Below are positions 49,601 to 61,308 of a stretch of 61,308 bases of DNA, piece by piece; positions within the stretch are counted from its first letter, which is position 1; each line of letters starts with the position of its first letter. Under the pieces are notes generated by a model that worked only from the letters and a program-made list of their open reading frames with translations, was not told the origin of the DNA and searched no databases. A program made the position numbers and the translations under genes. Location: contig JAYWIR010000085.1 of NCBI GenBank assembly GCA_036172245.1, positions 248,001 through 309,308 of the forward strand, read 5' to 3'. Source of the stretch: Raillietiella orientalis (lineage: Eukaryota).

Positions 49601-52600
49601 AGGAAAAAAGAGATAAGTCGAGTCGTTGCAGTTGTCTCATGAATGCCATATTACGGTAAAAGGTCACCTTAGTCAGACGTCCACATTTATTTCAACATTT
49701 TTTGTTTTCATGTGTCTATAGTATGCGCTGCATGAATTTATAAGTTTTCCGTTGCATAATTCAAAACCCTTACGATCCTTATCCTTGAAAATAAACAGTA
49801 TCCGTACAGATGCTAATTGTAATTCTTGTCAACCTAACATATCTGATAGTCAAATTTTTTATTAGTTGAGCTATATGACGAGCAAATACCTGAGAATATG
49901 CCTCACTGATTAATAGAAACATGTTCCTGCTTAATTTTGAAATGGATGTGTCAAGAGTTAATCTTATATTTATTGTTACTCACTTTGCTGGATTTTTTTT
50001 TCTTAGACTCTCAGTCTTTTTCTTAGCTGGAATTGTCATCTTAGCGTACCGTTGGAAGTTTAGTGAAACATTTTTCATAGTATTTTTTCTACTATAAAAG
50101 AAGAAAATGCATGAAAAACAATAGGTTATTGGGATGCCATCGATGAAAGTGTGATCTATATGAATGCTTATTCATCAATGATTATGAAAAATTAAGTACT
50201 TTCCACACTGATAGATGAATAATAGTTAACTTGGCTGCTTTTTGCTTTAGTATAAGTGAGGTTCCACTTTAAAAGCTGTTTCATTTCTTTCATCTATGGA
50301 ATTATTCAATTTGAGGTACTTTTATGCAGCAGTTTGGATCTGAAAATAAGTTTGGAAACTTCAGTAGTCTTAACTAAATTCTGATCGATATTTTCATTTC
50401 AATTAGCAGCTTCAACTGTATATCCGTAACTACGTTTATCCATTCTAACATACTTAACAAAATAACATCTAAACTGTTTGAGATTATGTACTGTTTTTTT
50501 TAACTTGACGTTTCTAATTTTTTTAATAGTAATGAAAACTTCTAATCTGTTAACCATGTTTGTTGCATATGTGAAATGCATACAAATCTTTTACACATTT
50601 GTTATTTTCCTAAGGAGACCGTTGGTGTTGCCTATCCTGATTCACGCGTCATGAACAGCAGCGCGCAGATCAGTTTGTAAGCAAATGTTGCTATTGCTCA
50701 AAGCTGCAAAGAAAACTAATGTAAAGGTATGCTTCAAAATGTTGGTTGGAGTAGGAAACGGCCCTCTCACAAATTGCGTTTTCTAGGTTTAATCGTGGTT
50801 TCTTGTGCCATGGTTTCGAAGTCTGCTTGTGTTAGTCATCAACAGCCATGGGATGGTATTTATTTAAACCATCATAAAGATATAAAGACCAAGACCTCCA
50901 AACCAGATGTATTTGTGTTTTCATTATAGAAGGAAAGCTTCCTCAGTTTTGGCTGTTCATTTTGCAGAATTTTATCGTTAACTTGGATTACAAAATACGA
51001 TTTCCTCAGAAACCATTTGTCTTCCGAAATGGTATGACTCAAAGTACGTATTAAACTCAATATGGTGACTGTGCTTAAACATTTGTTTCTAATTTATTAG
51101 GAGGTCGCTATTATTACTTGAGCATTTTTCTTTCGATGCATAAGGAGAGAATTTTTCCATATGCTGATTACAGTATTCTTTAATCAATTCTACATCAGCA
51201 AGTGATTTGATAAAAGTAATTGCCTCTTTCGCAATGTTGGTTCTGTTTGTTCTTTGAGACAACTGTATGATGTTAAAATTTATTTATACATGTAATTAAT
51301 TGGGGATTTCAAATGCACTAAAAATTGTTAAACTGTTTAACAATTTGGAGTAAGCAACTTTGCATTAATTTTTATTTAGATAAAAATTTAATCCTAAACA
51401 AGAATTGTCCTATCAAATATTGACATGCTTTCTAGTCAGAAATCGAAGTTAGTTTTTCATTAGTGGATTGAAATAAAAGTTGGGAGAAGAGTATAGCAGA
51501 TATTTATATCAAAATAATAATAATAAAGGTAGTTTTGTGAAAGGTATCAGTGAAAAACTAACTGTCTGATTTGATGAACTTTTGTTAAATTTCTGAAGTT
51601 CTTATCTTGAAGATTAAAGTCATGCCCTAAACCAAACATTTCAGCAGTTATTTTTAGGAGAAAAAATAATTAGTAAAACGTTTATTATCAAGAACACTCA
51701 GCATCATGAATTAGAATTTATTATGTCATTAGTGTTGATCTCTTTATTTAGAGTGTTCTAATTTAATTTTTATTTTAATTTAATTTAACTGCACTTGCAC
51801 TGAAAGTGTATGTAATTAATGTTATCAAAGAATTTGTTAGTGGTATTAGAATGCTTTTGTCTTAAAACATAAAAACCAAAGTTTGTTTCTACTAAGTTTG
51901 TAAAGTTAATCCAACAGCATCAAATGATTTGACACTACAGGAAATCGCTGTTCCTGATTTTGGTAGAAATTTAGGTTTATTGAAATGTAATAGTCTACTA
52001 GTTTGCTTTTTTAATCTATAGCGGAATTTTGAGTATTTTTTTTTTTATTTGAAACAAATAGGACTAATTTATTAAAACATGTTGATATTGCATCCATTGA
52101 AAAAAATGATTTGTTTATAATAAATTACTTGTCAGAATACTTTAAGAACTACCATAGATTGCAATTTTTATTGATGCCATTATCCAAGGTCTCTATTCGA
52201 AATGGTTTAAAACTCACTCACTGCCTTTATATGAATGGAGTTCAGTTGCTTTAATGTTGATCATGCAAAATGCGTATTTTGTTGCCACTACAAAATTCTC
52301 ATGTTCTATTCATTTAAATTATAAGGGCAGCAACTACCATAGATGATTTATCAAAAAAATTTTAAAAGTGAGACTTTACAGTGTTTGCCATTTAACAAAA
52401 AAAGATTTATTGGCATGAATAGTCCCAAAAGACATTCAGTACTTGAGGAACAAAATCTGTTTTAGGAAAGGTGGATAAGTGAGGAATCTTGAAGTTAAAA
52501 CGTGATGAAAAGAGTCCAGAATTTTAACACATAGGAAGGGCTTAATCATGTAAGGTATGTTGGATTATAGGATTTTCAAAAATGTGAAGATGTAAATTTG

Positions 52601-54295
52601 TAGAAGGAATGACATGGAGAAATAAGTTTCATAAGGATGAATTGGATTCTGGATGGCTAATTGATTGAAGCACATACAAGGTTATTTTGATTCAATTTGA
52701 ATTCATCTAAAGCTGAGGCATTGAAAATGAAAAGATAGCATAATTCCGTCAGAATCTTCATTACAAGTGGATAGTCAAAGTTTTATGTTGAATTGACTAT
52801 AATCAATGAATGAGCTGAAACCCAAATACAGACTTAAATTTATGCAATTTTGAGGTTATTCAGTGATTTTTGTGGTCTTTGGAATCTTAATTTGTCAAAC
52901 GATAATTGAATGACCGAATGCATTAGGCAAATTCAAAACCTTTATGTAAGTATTTCGAAAAATGATTCTAAAAACAACAAATTTAAAAAAGAAAAATACT
53001 TACAACTTATTTTTTGTACAATAAGTAAAAAAATTCGTTTTCATTATTATCAATTTTTTTATCTTTGGAAGGAGTGCAGCAACATATAATTTATTACAGC
53101 AGAGCTTCACATCATTTACAAAAACTATAAAGCCATTTAAACTCTAATGGGAAGTGCATTGTTACATTAGGACTAAACTTGTTTGAGATTTCCCATTAGA
53201 AGTTCCTTATCAGAAGGTACACTGTACACATTATTGCTTAGATTTCTGGAAGCAGTTTATAAATGAGGAATGATCATCTAAATTGCTTCATTATTAATAT
53301 AAATTAGCAGGTATATGTTTCTAGATCTGAATTTTTAAACTCACAATGTATTTGTAATTATAAAATTAATCATTAGTACATCTCTTAAAGGATATTCTTA
53401 AGAAACTCATTTTTGTCTAAGGGAAGTGATTATTACAGGTATGCAACCACTTGTTGCTATTCTGCATAGTTCTGCAACAGATTCAGATATTTGTTGCAAA
53501 GTGAGATAGCCTCTGCATTGTGGTTGAATAAAATGTAGGTCTTTGGTTTTGATTATTTTCATTCAGCTGTTTTGACATCCAATAAGCTCTTGTTTTAGGA
53601 CTACAACACGGAAACATCTGACTTTTTGTCTTGAATATGGAGGAGTTGATCCATAGGTTTCCATTAAAACAGCTGCAAAAACCTGTCTGGTTTGCTTCAT
53701 GAAGCATGAGTATATGTTGTCATGCAAGATCTCCTTGGTATAGCAAGCAATCCAGGCTAATTTTAGTCATGTATTCTTTTGAGTTCATTGTACACTCTAG
53801 ATTTATTGTTAATTTTTAATCTAAACTTCCTCCTTGCTGTACCATTCAATGGCACAATTTTGAAATCTTTTCTTTCTGGCCATCCTGGATCCTTTCCTTT
53901 TGAGGATGTTGGTCTTCAAATTTGTCTTTCAGAGTATTCCAGATTCCTTCATTGCTATCAATTTATTCAAATGCTGCTTTATGAGCAAACTGGTATGACA
54001 TCCTCATGCTCTTGAACTACTTTCAAAGCAAGACAAATGTCAGTGACAGTAAGTTATTATGGAGTAGTTCGTGTCAGTCAGTTTACAGGTGGAGGCTTTC
54101 ATATTTGTTTAAACAAGTTATTTCAAATGAAAGGTATTCAGTGAAATAACAGCTTTTGTAAACAAAAAAAAATATTAAGAACACTAACTCAGGAAACCAA
54201 ATAATTGGTTGTTGTTTGTTATCAATATTACACAAATGATTATGTTTTTTATTTTGTAACTAAAAGTAAGTATACGCTTATCACCTTCAGCTTAC

Positions 54296-54438
54296 CCAGT
54301 TGGTGGTAATGTTGCACAAATGATGGCTTTGGCTACATGATCCTGCATCCAGATCTCGCCAAGGTAACGTAGTTCAATGATCCCAAGTAGGGTTCCATAT
54401 GCCTCTAACGTGTTTTGCATGAATTTGATAAAGTTTTC
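54296..54438 (-). CDS. Candidate exon of an unidentified gene (may be non-coding)
   Basis: TATTCTTTACAG| ... TGG|GTAAGC; one open frame, ENFIKFMQNTLEAYGTLLGIIELRYLGEIWMQDHVAKAIICATLPPTG. No family recognised. Confidence 0.3.
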
Positions 54439-56599
54439 CTGTAAAGAATAGAGATTAGGGAGTCGGATTTTCGAAACTTGTGGTTTGAATTTATGCAACT
54501 GAGAGCATGGATTCATGTGTAATTCTCTGTGTATGCGGAAGTAGAAGGGAAATCATATACAACAAATGATTTAGAATAATCAAAAGGCAAATTTTTAGTT
54601 TTGATTTTAGAAAGATTCAGTGCTTACTGTAACAGCAACCAATAAATATATTACTTCTTGTGAATACAGCACACAGTATTTTCAACTCATTCGAGATCGC
54701 TGATTGGACTTTTCAGGGAAAGTTTAGGGCAGCTAATCGGCATAAAGATATGGTATGGAGTAAAAATTAAAAAATAAGGGTGTTCCGTGCATTGCAAATG
54801 CTTTATAGCACTCCTGCTTTTTCAGTGTGGAAATCACTATTCTGTCATGTTCGCGCGATATTTGGCTTGAAGTGTTGCTTGTATCTTTTTTCCATTCACT
54901 TTTTGAACTTGGCAAGTACTTTCAGTGATTTGGGAGGACTTGCCGCACCTTAGAAGTTTTATAATGTAACTTTTATCTTTAACTTGCAGAGGCACATCAA
55001 CATTATCTTCTGCAGCATGTAATGCAGCCATATTCAAGGATTGCTTGTAAAAAAAGGTAGCCAGCGTGCGATAAGTTGATGGGTGAGTGCTTCGTTCTAC
55101 CTCCTCCTGGATGATCTGTTTCCTGACACCCAGATCCAGCAGTCCCTTGGTCGTGAGTAATGGGACATTCGTGGAATATCCAGGAAGTGAGTGTTTCTAT
55201 TATCATGAGTGCAAAGCTGTGAACTCAGAAGCAGATTCGTTTGTTGAGTTGGCATCTGTGTGGAAGCCCTGCTGTACCACCAAAAGCTGAATTATTCAGT
55301 TTGAAAAACAGGATCTCACCGATGGTGCATGCATCCTATTGATGCACGAGTCACCGTGGCTCTGGTTAGTATTTCCCCATTGCTGACATGTGCTACTCGA
55401 ACTGTATCCGAAAAAGCTCTTTCAGTATTCATGTATTCATGCAGTGGATGACACATGCACTGCAGTGCAGTGTAATTCCTGTAATCCTGTGGGTTGAGAA
55501 TGATGTATTGCATTTTTTCGTGATTGCCTTTTCGCGAATGATGTGTTTCATTACAAGATGCTAATGCTTTATTCGATTGGTAACGTTTGGAAAGAATTTA
55601 CCCCATTTCAAACATTGGCGTTTCTCTTGGAGCACAGACAGATGCTTCTTAAAGATAAAAGAAAAAGCAACTTCCGAAAAAAAATTTTGCGTTTTCTCTT
55701 TCGAGACTGAAGTGCATCTTCAGTGCATGCTTTCCTCTGAATTTTTTGAACATTTTTCTTCCCGTTGGTTCATGAGGCGAATATATGGCATTCATTCAAC
55801 GGATGGTGCTTTATGGAAAATACGAGAATGGTTCTATCTCTTCGCAATTCTACAACCAAATTTAAATTAGCAATCAGTTATTGCAGTGAAGAAGAAAATG
55901 TCTTGCTCCCTCCATATTTAACTGATTATTTCAGAATCCTGGTAAATTCTGCGAATGCACTTTACAGGAAGAAAATAACTTGGTGCGTTTTGTCAGGTCT
56001 CAGTTCACTTTTTATTACATGCTTGATAAAAAAAAAAAAAAAAGAAAAGGAAATTCTGGACCTGTAAACTTGATGTGTTTTCTTAATCGACTGCAAAGAA
56101 AGAAAGGCACTGTGTTTTGCTTATTGATCAACTTCCACATAGACGTAGCCTTCTGTTTATTACATAATCTCGGAAGCTCGTGATATGATCTCAGATACAT
56201 TAGTTAGCCAAAGGCTCAGAATCTCTTCAGAGACGTTGCGTACTTGAAGAAGCTGTTTCCGGACATGCTAAGAACGAAGGAGTGTTTGCAATGGTTAGGA
56301 GCAGACACAGATGAAGAAGAGGCTGAAACTTAGCGCCTTCACTCGCTAATGTTCCCTCTTAAACATTAAATTAGTGCGGAAATTATGTACAGAAAATTTG
56401 AATAAGCGTTCCATGGATGAGCAAGATTCGAATTGGGAGTCGGCTGCTGTGAGAGCGAACCCAGTGGAGGCACCAGTGTCTTCATTGTGCGCTCTCTCAA
56501 GGATGGACCGCCTTCGAATGGCGTAGGCATGCTTTAAATTTGCCAGAACGGTCCACTCAAGGGTGTGGTGAACGTTTCCCTGGCAGAACTACTGATGAA

Positions 56600-59500
56600 T
56601 GGAACAGTTGAACAACCTAGTCGTTCGCAGTTTAAAGGTGCCTCAAGCGGAACCGCCAATTTTAGATCCCTTTCCTTGTCCCTTATGGCAACCAGAAGTT
56701 GTCCAGATACGACCTAGACTGTATTGTATCGAAGTGGCTGTAAGCTTACGTTCTCTACTTAGTTCTTGGCGCCGAGTTTTTTTACTTATAATCAGAAACA
56801 CGTAACTTGGCGATTAGTGCCGGTAATGCGCGATTGCATGCGCTCTGCTGTTGGTTTCCACGCTGTTGCTGGTGATGATGATAAGTCTGGTTATCGTAGA
56901 TTATAGCCGCAGCTGAGAACACCCTCTGAGTAGTGAGAACAAATGCAGGCATTTGCAAAGAAAGCGCACATGACGTTGCTGCTGCTAGCAGCTGTTTGCG
57001 TGCGTTTACTCACGAATGCATCCGAAAGCAATGCATGGAGGTAGCATGCATCCAAACGTACGGTGAACAAAATGGATCTTAATCTCTTGAATAACGAAGG
57101 GTGGTGTTTAGGTTGTTTAATAACGAACAATTTCCTCCGAGAATTCCGATTGCTTCTGATTACATTTTCTGTTTCCCTTTGGATCAGCCTATTCCAAAGC
57201 AGGGACTTAGACGGTTCCTGCTTCCGTTTCGTTGAATACATTCCTTAACGAACTGTGGTTGTCGCATGGGGGATCCCGTGTAAAATTTCAATGGTTTTGG
57301 AACGACCATTTCTTATGGAGTCCAAGCTTTCATGTCGGCCGGATTGTTTCCGGGAGCAGTGTGCATCCGCGGTTCGAGGTCCTCTGTGTTACCACCAAAA
57401 ACTGGATGTTGTGTTGCGATGACCCACGGGATTTTCGCAATGTGTTTTTTTTAGGGGATTTTTCTTGAATCGGGAGAGGCTAAAGGGGTGTAACAGGTGG
57501 AATAATCCCTGGAGATGAGGAGCCATTGCGATGGAAACTTCTGTCTTGTAGATTTAAAAGTTGCACTGCTCCCAATCCAAAGGAAATTTTCCGTTTGCAT
57601 TTCATCTACGGAATATAATTATTGAATGCAAAGTATCAACACGAAGATGGAGCCTAGGACACCGACTGTCGATAAGAACAAACTTTAGTCTTCCCAAGGA
57701 CCGAGAAGGGATGCTGCAGTTGATGGCATTACGTGAGAATGGGGATGGCTGTTCTGAGCCCCGTTGGATATGTTATGTAGGCGTTATGTTTTGTAAACAG
57801 GTTTTAAAAGGTCAAGAGCCATGCTGCGAATACTACTAGCTTGCCGCATGGGCCGTGTTTTTCTTGTTAATATTAAGTTATTTGTCGTGATCGGCGCGAG
57901 GTATCTGGAGAAGGGAATCACGTAGCGATTACACCAGGATCTGTTGTTATATTTTTTGTGTGACGTCAGCAGTTGTCTCTTTGAGGGCAGAGCGGAACTT
58001 TTTCGACGATGATACGCACGTATGAGAGAGGCTGGAGGCTTTACGGCATGCTGGCTCCTGTGACTGCAATCAGTCGTCCCCCTCTCGGGTCAGTCAAGTC
58101 GGCCACTCATCCTTTGATGTACAGCTATACCGGAGAAGAGGGAATGTCGTGGGAGCAGGAGGTGGAATGGAGGGTAGCCGTTACTCGACAACGTAATGTT
58201 CCCCGTACCTGCGTGGCTCATCAGCGTATGAGCTTCCCTGTGAGTCGGTTATTGAAAGGCCACGTTCCGATGTTCGACTGTGTTCTCTGGGATGACTATG
58301 AGGCAGATCCAAGCGCTTCGAATATGTTTGCATTCTTTAGCGTTAATAGCGAAACTGATGGGAGTCTTCAGGCCGAAGAGTAGTGGTCACGCGTCATAAG
58401 GGAAGCTCTGGCGAATAAGAGGGTGATGTCGCTTGCACACGGCGCATTTGCATTCTTCGGTATGAGCCGAGTGCATTAGAGGAGATTCTGGAATTTGTGC
58501 TCGGAGATCTTCACTTCGCTCTGTTGCTTGGACCTCGAACGATGGATTCAAGCCGGAGATTGTGAAAAGTTGGTTGGGTCGTGTGAGAGTGGTAAGTGCT
58601 CTAAGAGTGAAAGCTGTGTTAGGAAGGAGTTGCTCATCTACCTTTGCTCCAAGTGAGGAGTATGAGGGAATTGATGGAGACATGCGGGTGGAAATGGCTA
58701 GGAAGACTGGATGATGCCACAGGAAAACGATTGACAGGAGACTGACTACAGACATGCTCGAGGGGTTGTCAGACCGAAAACAAAGCATGGAAAAAATTGG
58801 ATCACATGATGTCTGAAATTCGCCCTGGAAACCTGAGGGACTTCGAACGTAACACTTGCAGCAGCCCTTGATCATTTGGAAGCGAGCAGTTCACGCGTTT
58901 CCCAGGAAGTTCGACGCACCGCTGTTTTTAAGGGGGTTATCCTCAATCAAAACCACAGAGTTGCATTCCGGCAGAACCAGTCGTTTCTTGTACAGTTGTG
59001 ATGGGTGCTTTTACTGTGCTGACCGTAATCACTCTGAATCTGGAAGATGATCTTATTTGTGAGCATTTTCCTGGTTTTCCTATAAACAAAAAGATTGGTG
59101 TGACAAAAGCTTGTTGATACACGAGAAGAAACCGTTGACTCCGGCACGAAGAACGAACGAACGTTTCTCTGCTAGATGAATGTGTCAATATTTAGAAGAC
59201 TTTTGAGTTTTCAAGCTTTTGTCTCACCAATCTTTTTGTTTATAGGAAAACCAGGAAAATGCTCACAAATAAGATCATCTTCCAGATTCAGAGTCATTAT
59301 GGTCAGCACAGTAAAAGCACCCATCACAACTGTACAAGAAACGACTGGTTGGGCGTGGCGACGAATAATGGGGAGGATGTTTTTGGTTTGATAAGGGGAT
59401 TCCCCAGTTTTGTTCTGCTTAAGAGACACCGTGGGATCGGAGGCCAAGGGTTTCGAGTTGCTCTTTTTCGTTTCACGCAAGCGGCTCATTGATTCGTTGA

Positions 59501-59900
59501 GGTCATCGATGTTTCTCATGTCTTTCATTTGTTTCCAGATACTCTTGGTTAGCAAAGGCGTGAGGATTGGGCAATCAGTGACTTGCACGCTGCGTTACAT
59601 CCTGGATTTTCTCTAAAATGTATCCGCAGGCTGGGGAGGGAACAATCTCCCGCTTTTCACATACGCTCTCAGGGCTTTTTGTGGCAGAATCGTTTCTACC
59701 AAGGATGTGAAGCGTTTCGAACTTTGCGTGTCATCCTTACCTCATGTTAAGAAGTCCGGAGGGTGTATGTGCACTTTGGTGCAAGCGCCGGTCAGCCGCA
59801 TCGCAGGCTCCTGCTTCTTTGTTTTTTCTTTGTACTTCAGGAGTTCCTCTCATTCCATATCTGGATTTGCTTGAGTAATTATTGCAGCTTTGCACATCGT
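56600..59900 (-). mobile_element. Decayed Penelope-like retroelement region
   Basis: Remnants MALD..NLFT (~57790-57822; DVxxLFT-like), IYKTEVSIAM/GSS.SP (~57510-57553; YxQxxGxAMGSxLSP-like) and TAERMQSRI (~56820-56860; GIY-YIG GET...RI-like) occur in the expected order. Heavily frameshifted, ends uncertain. Confidence 0.45.
58975..59350. repeat. 139-bp inverted repeat (58975-59113 / 59212-59350) with 98-bp spacer
   Basis: The arms are reverse complements; I count 3 mismatches by eye. Confidence 0.97.
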
Positions 59901-61308
59901 GTACGTAATGAGATTACGTATCAAATCTAGGACAAGACGAATGCATCAACTGTGGTCCATCTTTAATTCAGCTGGATCTTTATGTACTTTCATGTACTTA
60001 GTACACTTCATGGAGGATCAAAAAAGCCAAAGTGGGAAGGATCTATCTATGGCCACCTATACCCGGATGCCGATAAATTAGCCATGAAATTTACATTACA
60101 GCTTATTTACTTTCCAATTGAAAAATTTAGTAGGCATTTTCCTTTGGATGATGAATCATAACTCTCGTAGGAAAGTGGAGATGAAAGCATTTTCTGCATA
60201 TCTGGAAAGATCATCATTCAATGTTTTCAGGGAGGCGGTGGAATTTCCGGTTGAACACATAATAAAACCATTCAGTTCTGGAAAAACACACACAAAAAAC
60301 AAGGAACAAATTCATTTTCTGCATGAACATTTTTTCTTTCGCCACATTTCAGTTCACCTCATATTGGTTTAGTGCTCTGCTAGATTGAATTTCGCGCTAA
60401 ATTTTGCTTATTTTCTTCAAGTATCTTCTTATTTTTTTGAAGTTTAGAAGATTCTAATGGCTTATCATAAACTCAGGAAAGCACCAAGTATTTTGTGGCT
60501 TCGTAATTTCTCCCTTTTCAATATTACGACAATCCCACATGTCTCTGATATGATTAGCAGCTGTTAAACACAAGCAGCACTCAGGAAAAAGTCTTCCCCT
60601 CAAATTTTATAAGGTGTTTGCAACGTAATTAAGTTCTAACGTATTAATTACAAGATCGAGCTCGAAGATCGTTGTGGTATTTCGTTAGCCTAGATGGAGC
60701 TGATTGCTACTTTATGAAAAACTACAATGTGCACAGTGTTTTATGTGCTGAAACCCTCTGGTACTCTATGAATATAGAGTGTTTACAGCAGATGTACAGT
60801 CAGGTTACAGAATTGGAGAGAGACGGAGTAAAAAAAACAACTTGAAGTGTAGAAAAAGAGCAGCATAAAGGGTGCTTTTGAGACAATTCATATATTTCTA
60901 AGGACCGATTTGAAATTCCATCAGAATTTGGCTGACAATCACGTTAAGGATATGATTCTTAACAAACGATTCCTTTCATTACACGTGAATTGTTCCATCC
61001 ATTTTAATGATTATCATTTTACTGAAGGGGTACGAAAATTCATTATCTTTGAATTCCCTTCCCGAAATAAATGAAATTCTCCAGCACATCCACCATCCAT
61101 CCAGCCAGCAGAAAGAAAAATCCAAATCTGCATCTCAGTTTAAGATGTTTGGTGGATTCATCGCAGGAATTCATATCCAGTCTACTAGGATTCCGTTAGT
61201 TCAATAATTGCAACTTTAAAACAGAGCGAATATCTCTAAATGTGTTTCCACGGCTTCTGAGATTTTCAGCGTTAATCGTTGCGCTGTGAAACCCACTCTC
61301 ACTCTCAC

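Noticed and set aside
54296..54438. Selenocysteine read-through in the alternative frame (PTWDH-TGA-TTLPW)
   Set aside because: No selenoprotein motif or SECIS element seen, and another frame is fully open.
1..61308. Most ORFs in the six-frame track, and any operon, CRISPR or prokaryotic defence-system reading
   Set aside because: The DNA is spliced eukaryotic sequence. The long overlapping S/R/P-rich ORFs are GC-rich TE debris or shadows of exons. There is no regularly spaced repeat-spacer array.

Overview
Eukaryotic (animal, probably arthropod-like; the species cannot be determined from the sequence) genomic DNA, not prokaryotic. Positions 485-30103 on the + strand carry the 3' part of a GARNL3-type gene (end of the Rap-GAP domain, a CNH domain and a short tail). 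I rebuilt 12 coding exons by hand; splice signals are GT-AG throughout and phases are consistent down to TAA at 30101-30103. The intron ending at 484 has a U12-type branch point. The large introns and the 32-43 kb region hold decayed retroelements. These include APE/zinc-knuckle LINE remnants, three Tx1/L1-like 3' fragments sharing a structured 3' motif, NeSL/Utopia-like RLE fragments, two copies of a long tRNA-headed SINE-like repeat, and a DIRS-like remnant. An AT-rich block (~48-54 kb) is followed by an orphan exon candidate and a decayed Penelope-like region with a near-perfect 139-bp inverted repeat. I found no well-supported new multi-gene system. The best leads are the covarying LINE 3' RNA motif, the long SINE with an internal VNTR and a shared 3' flank, the U12 intron, the young hairpin, and a degenerate hammerhead-like motif. 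All family calls rest on recalled motifs, not database searches, and element boundaries are approximate.
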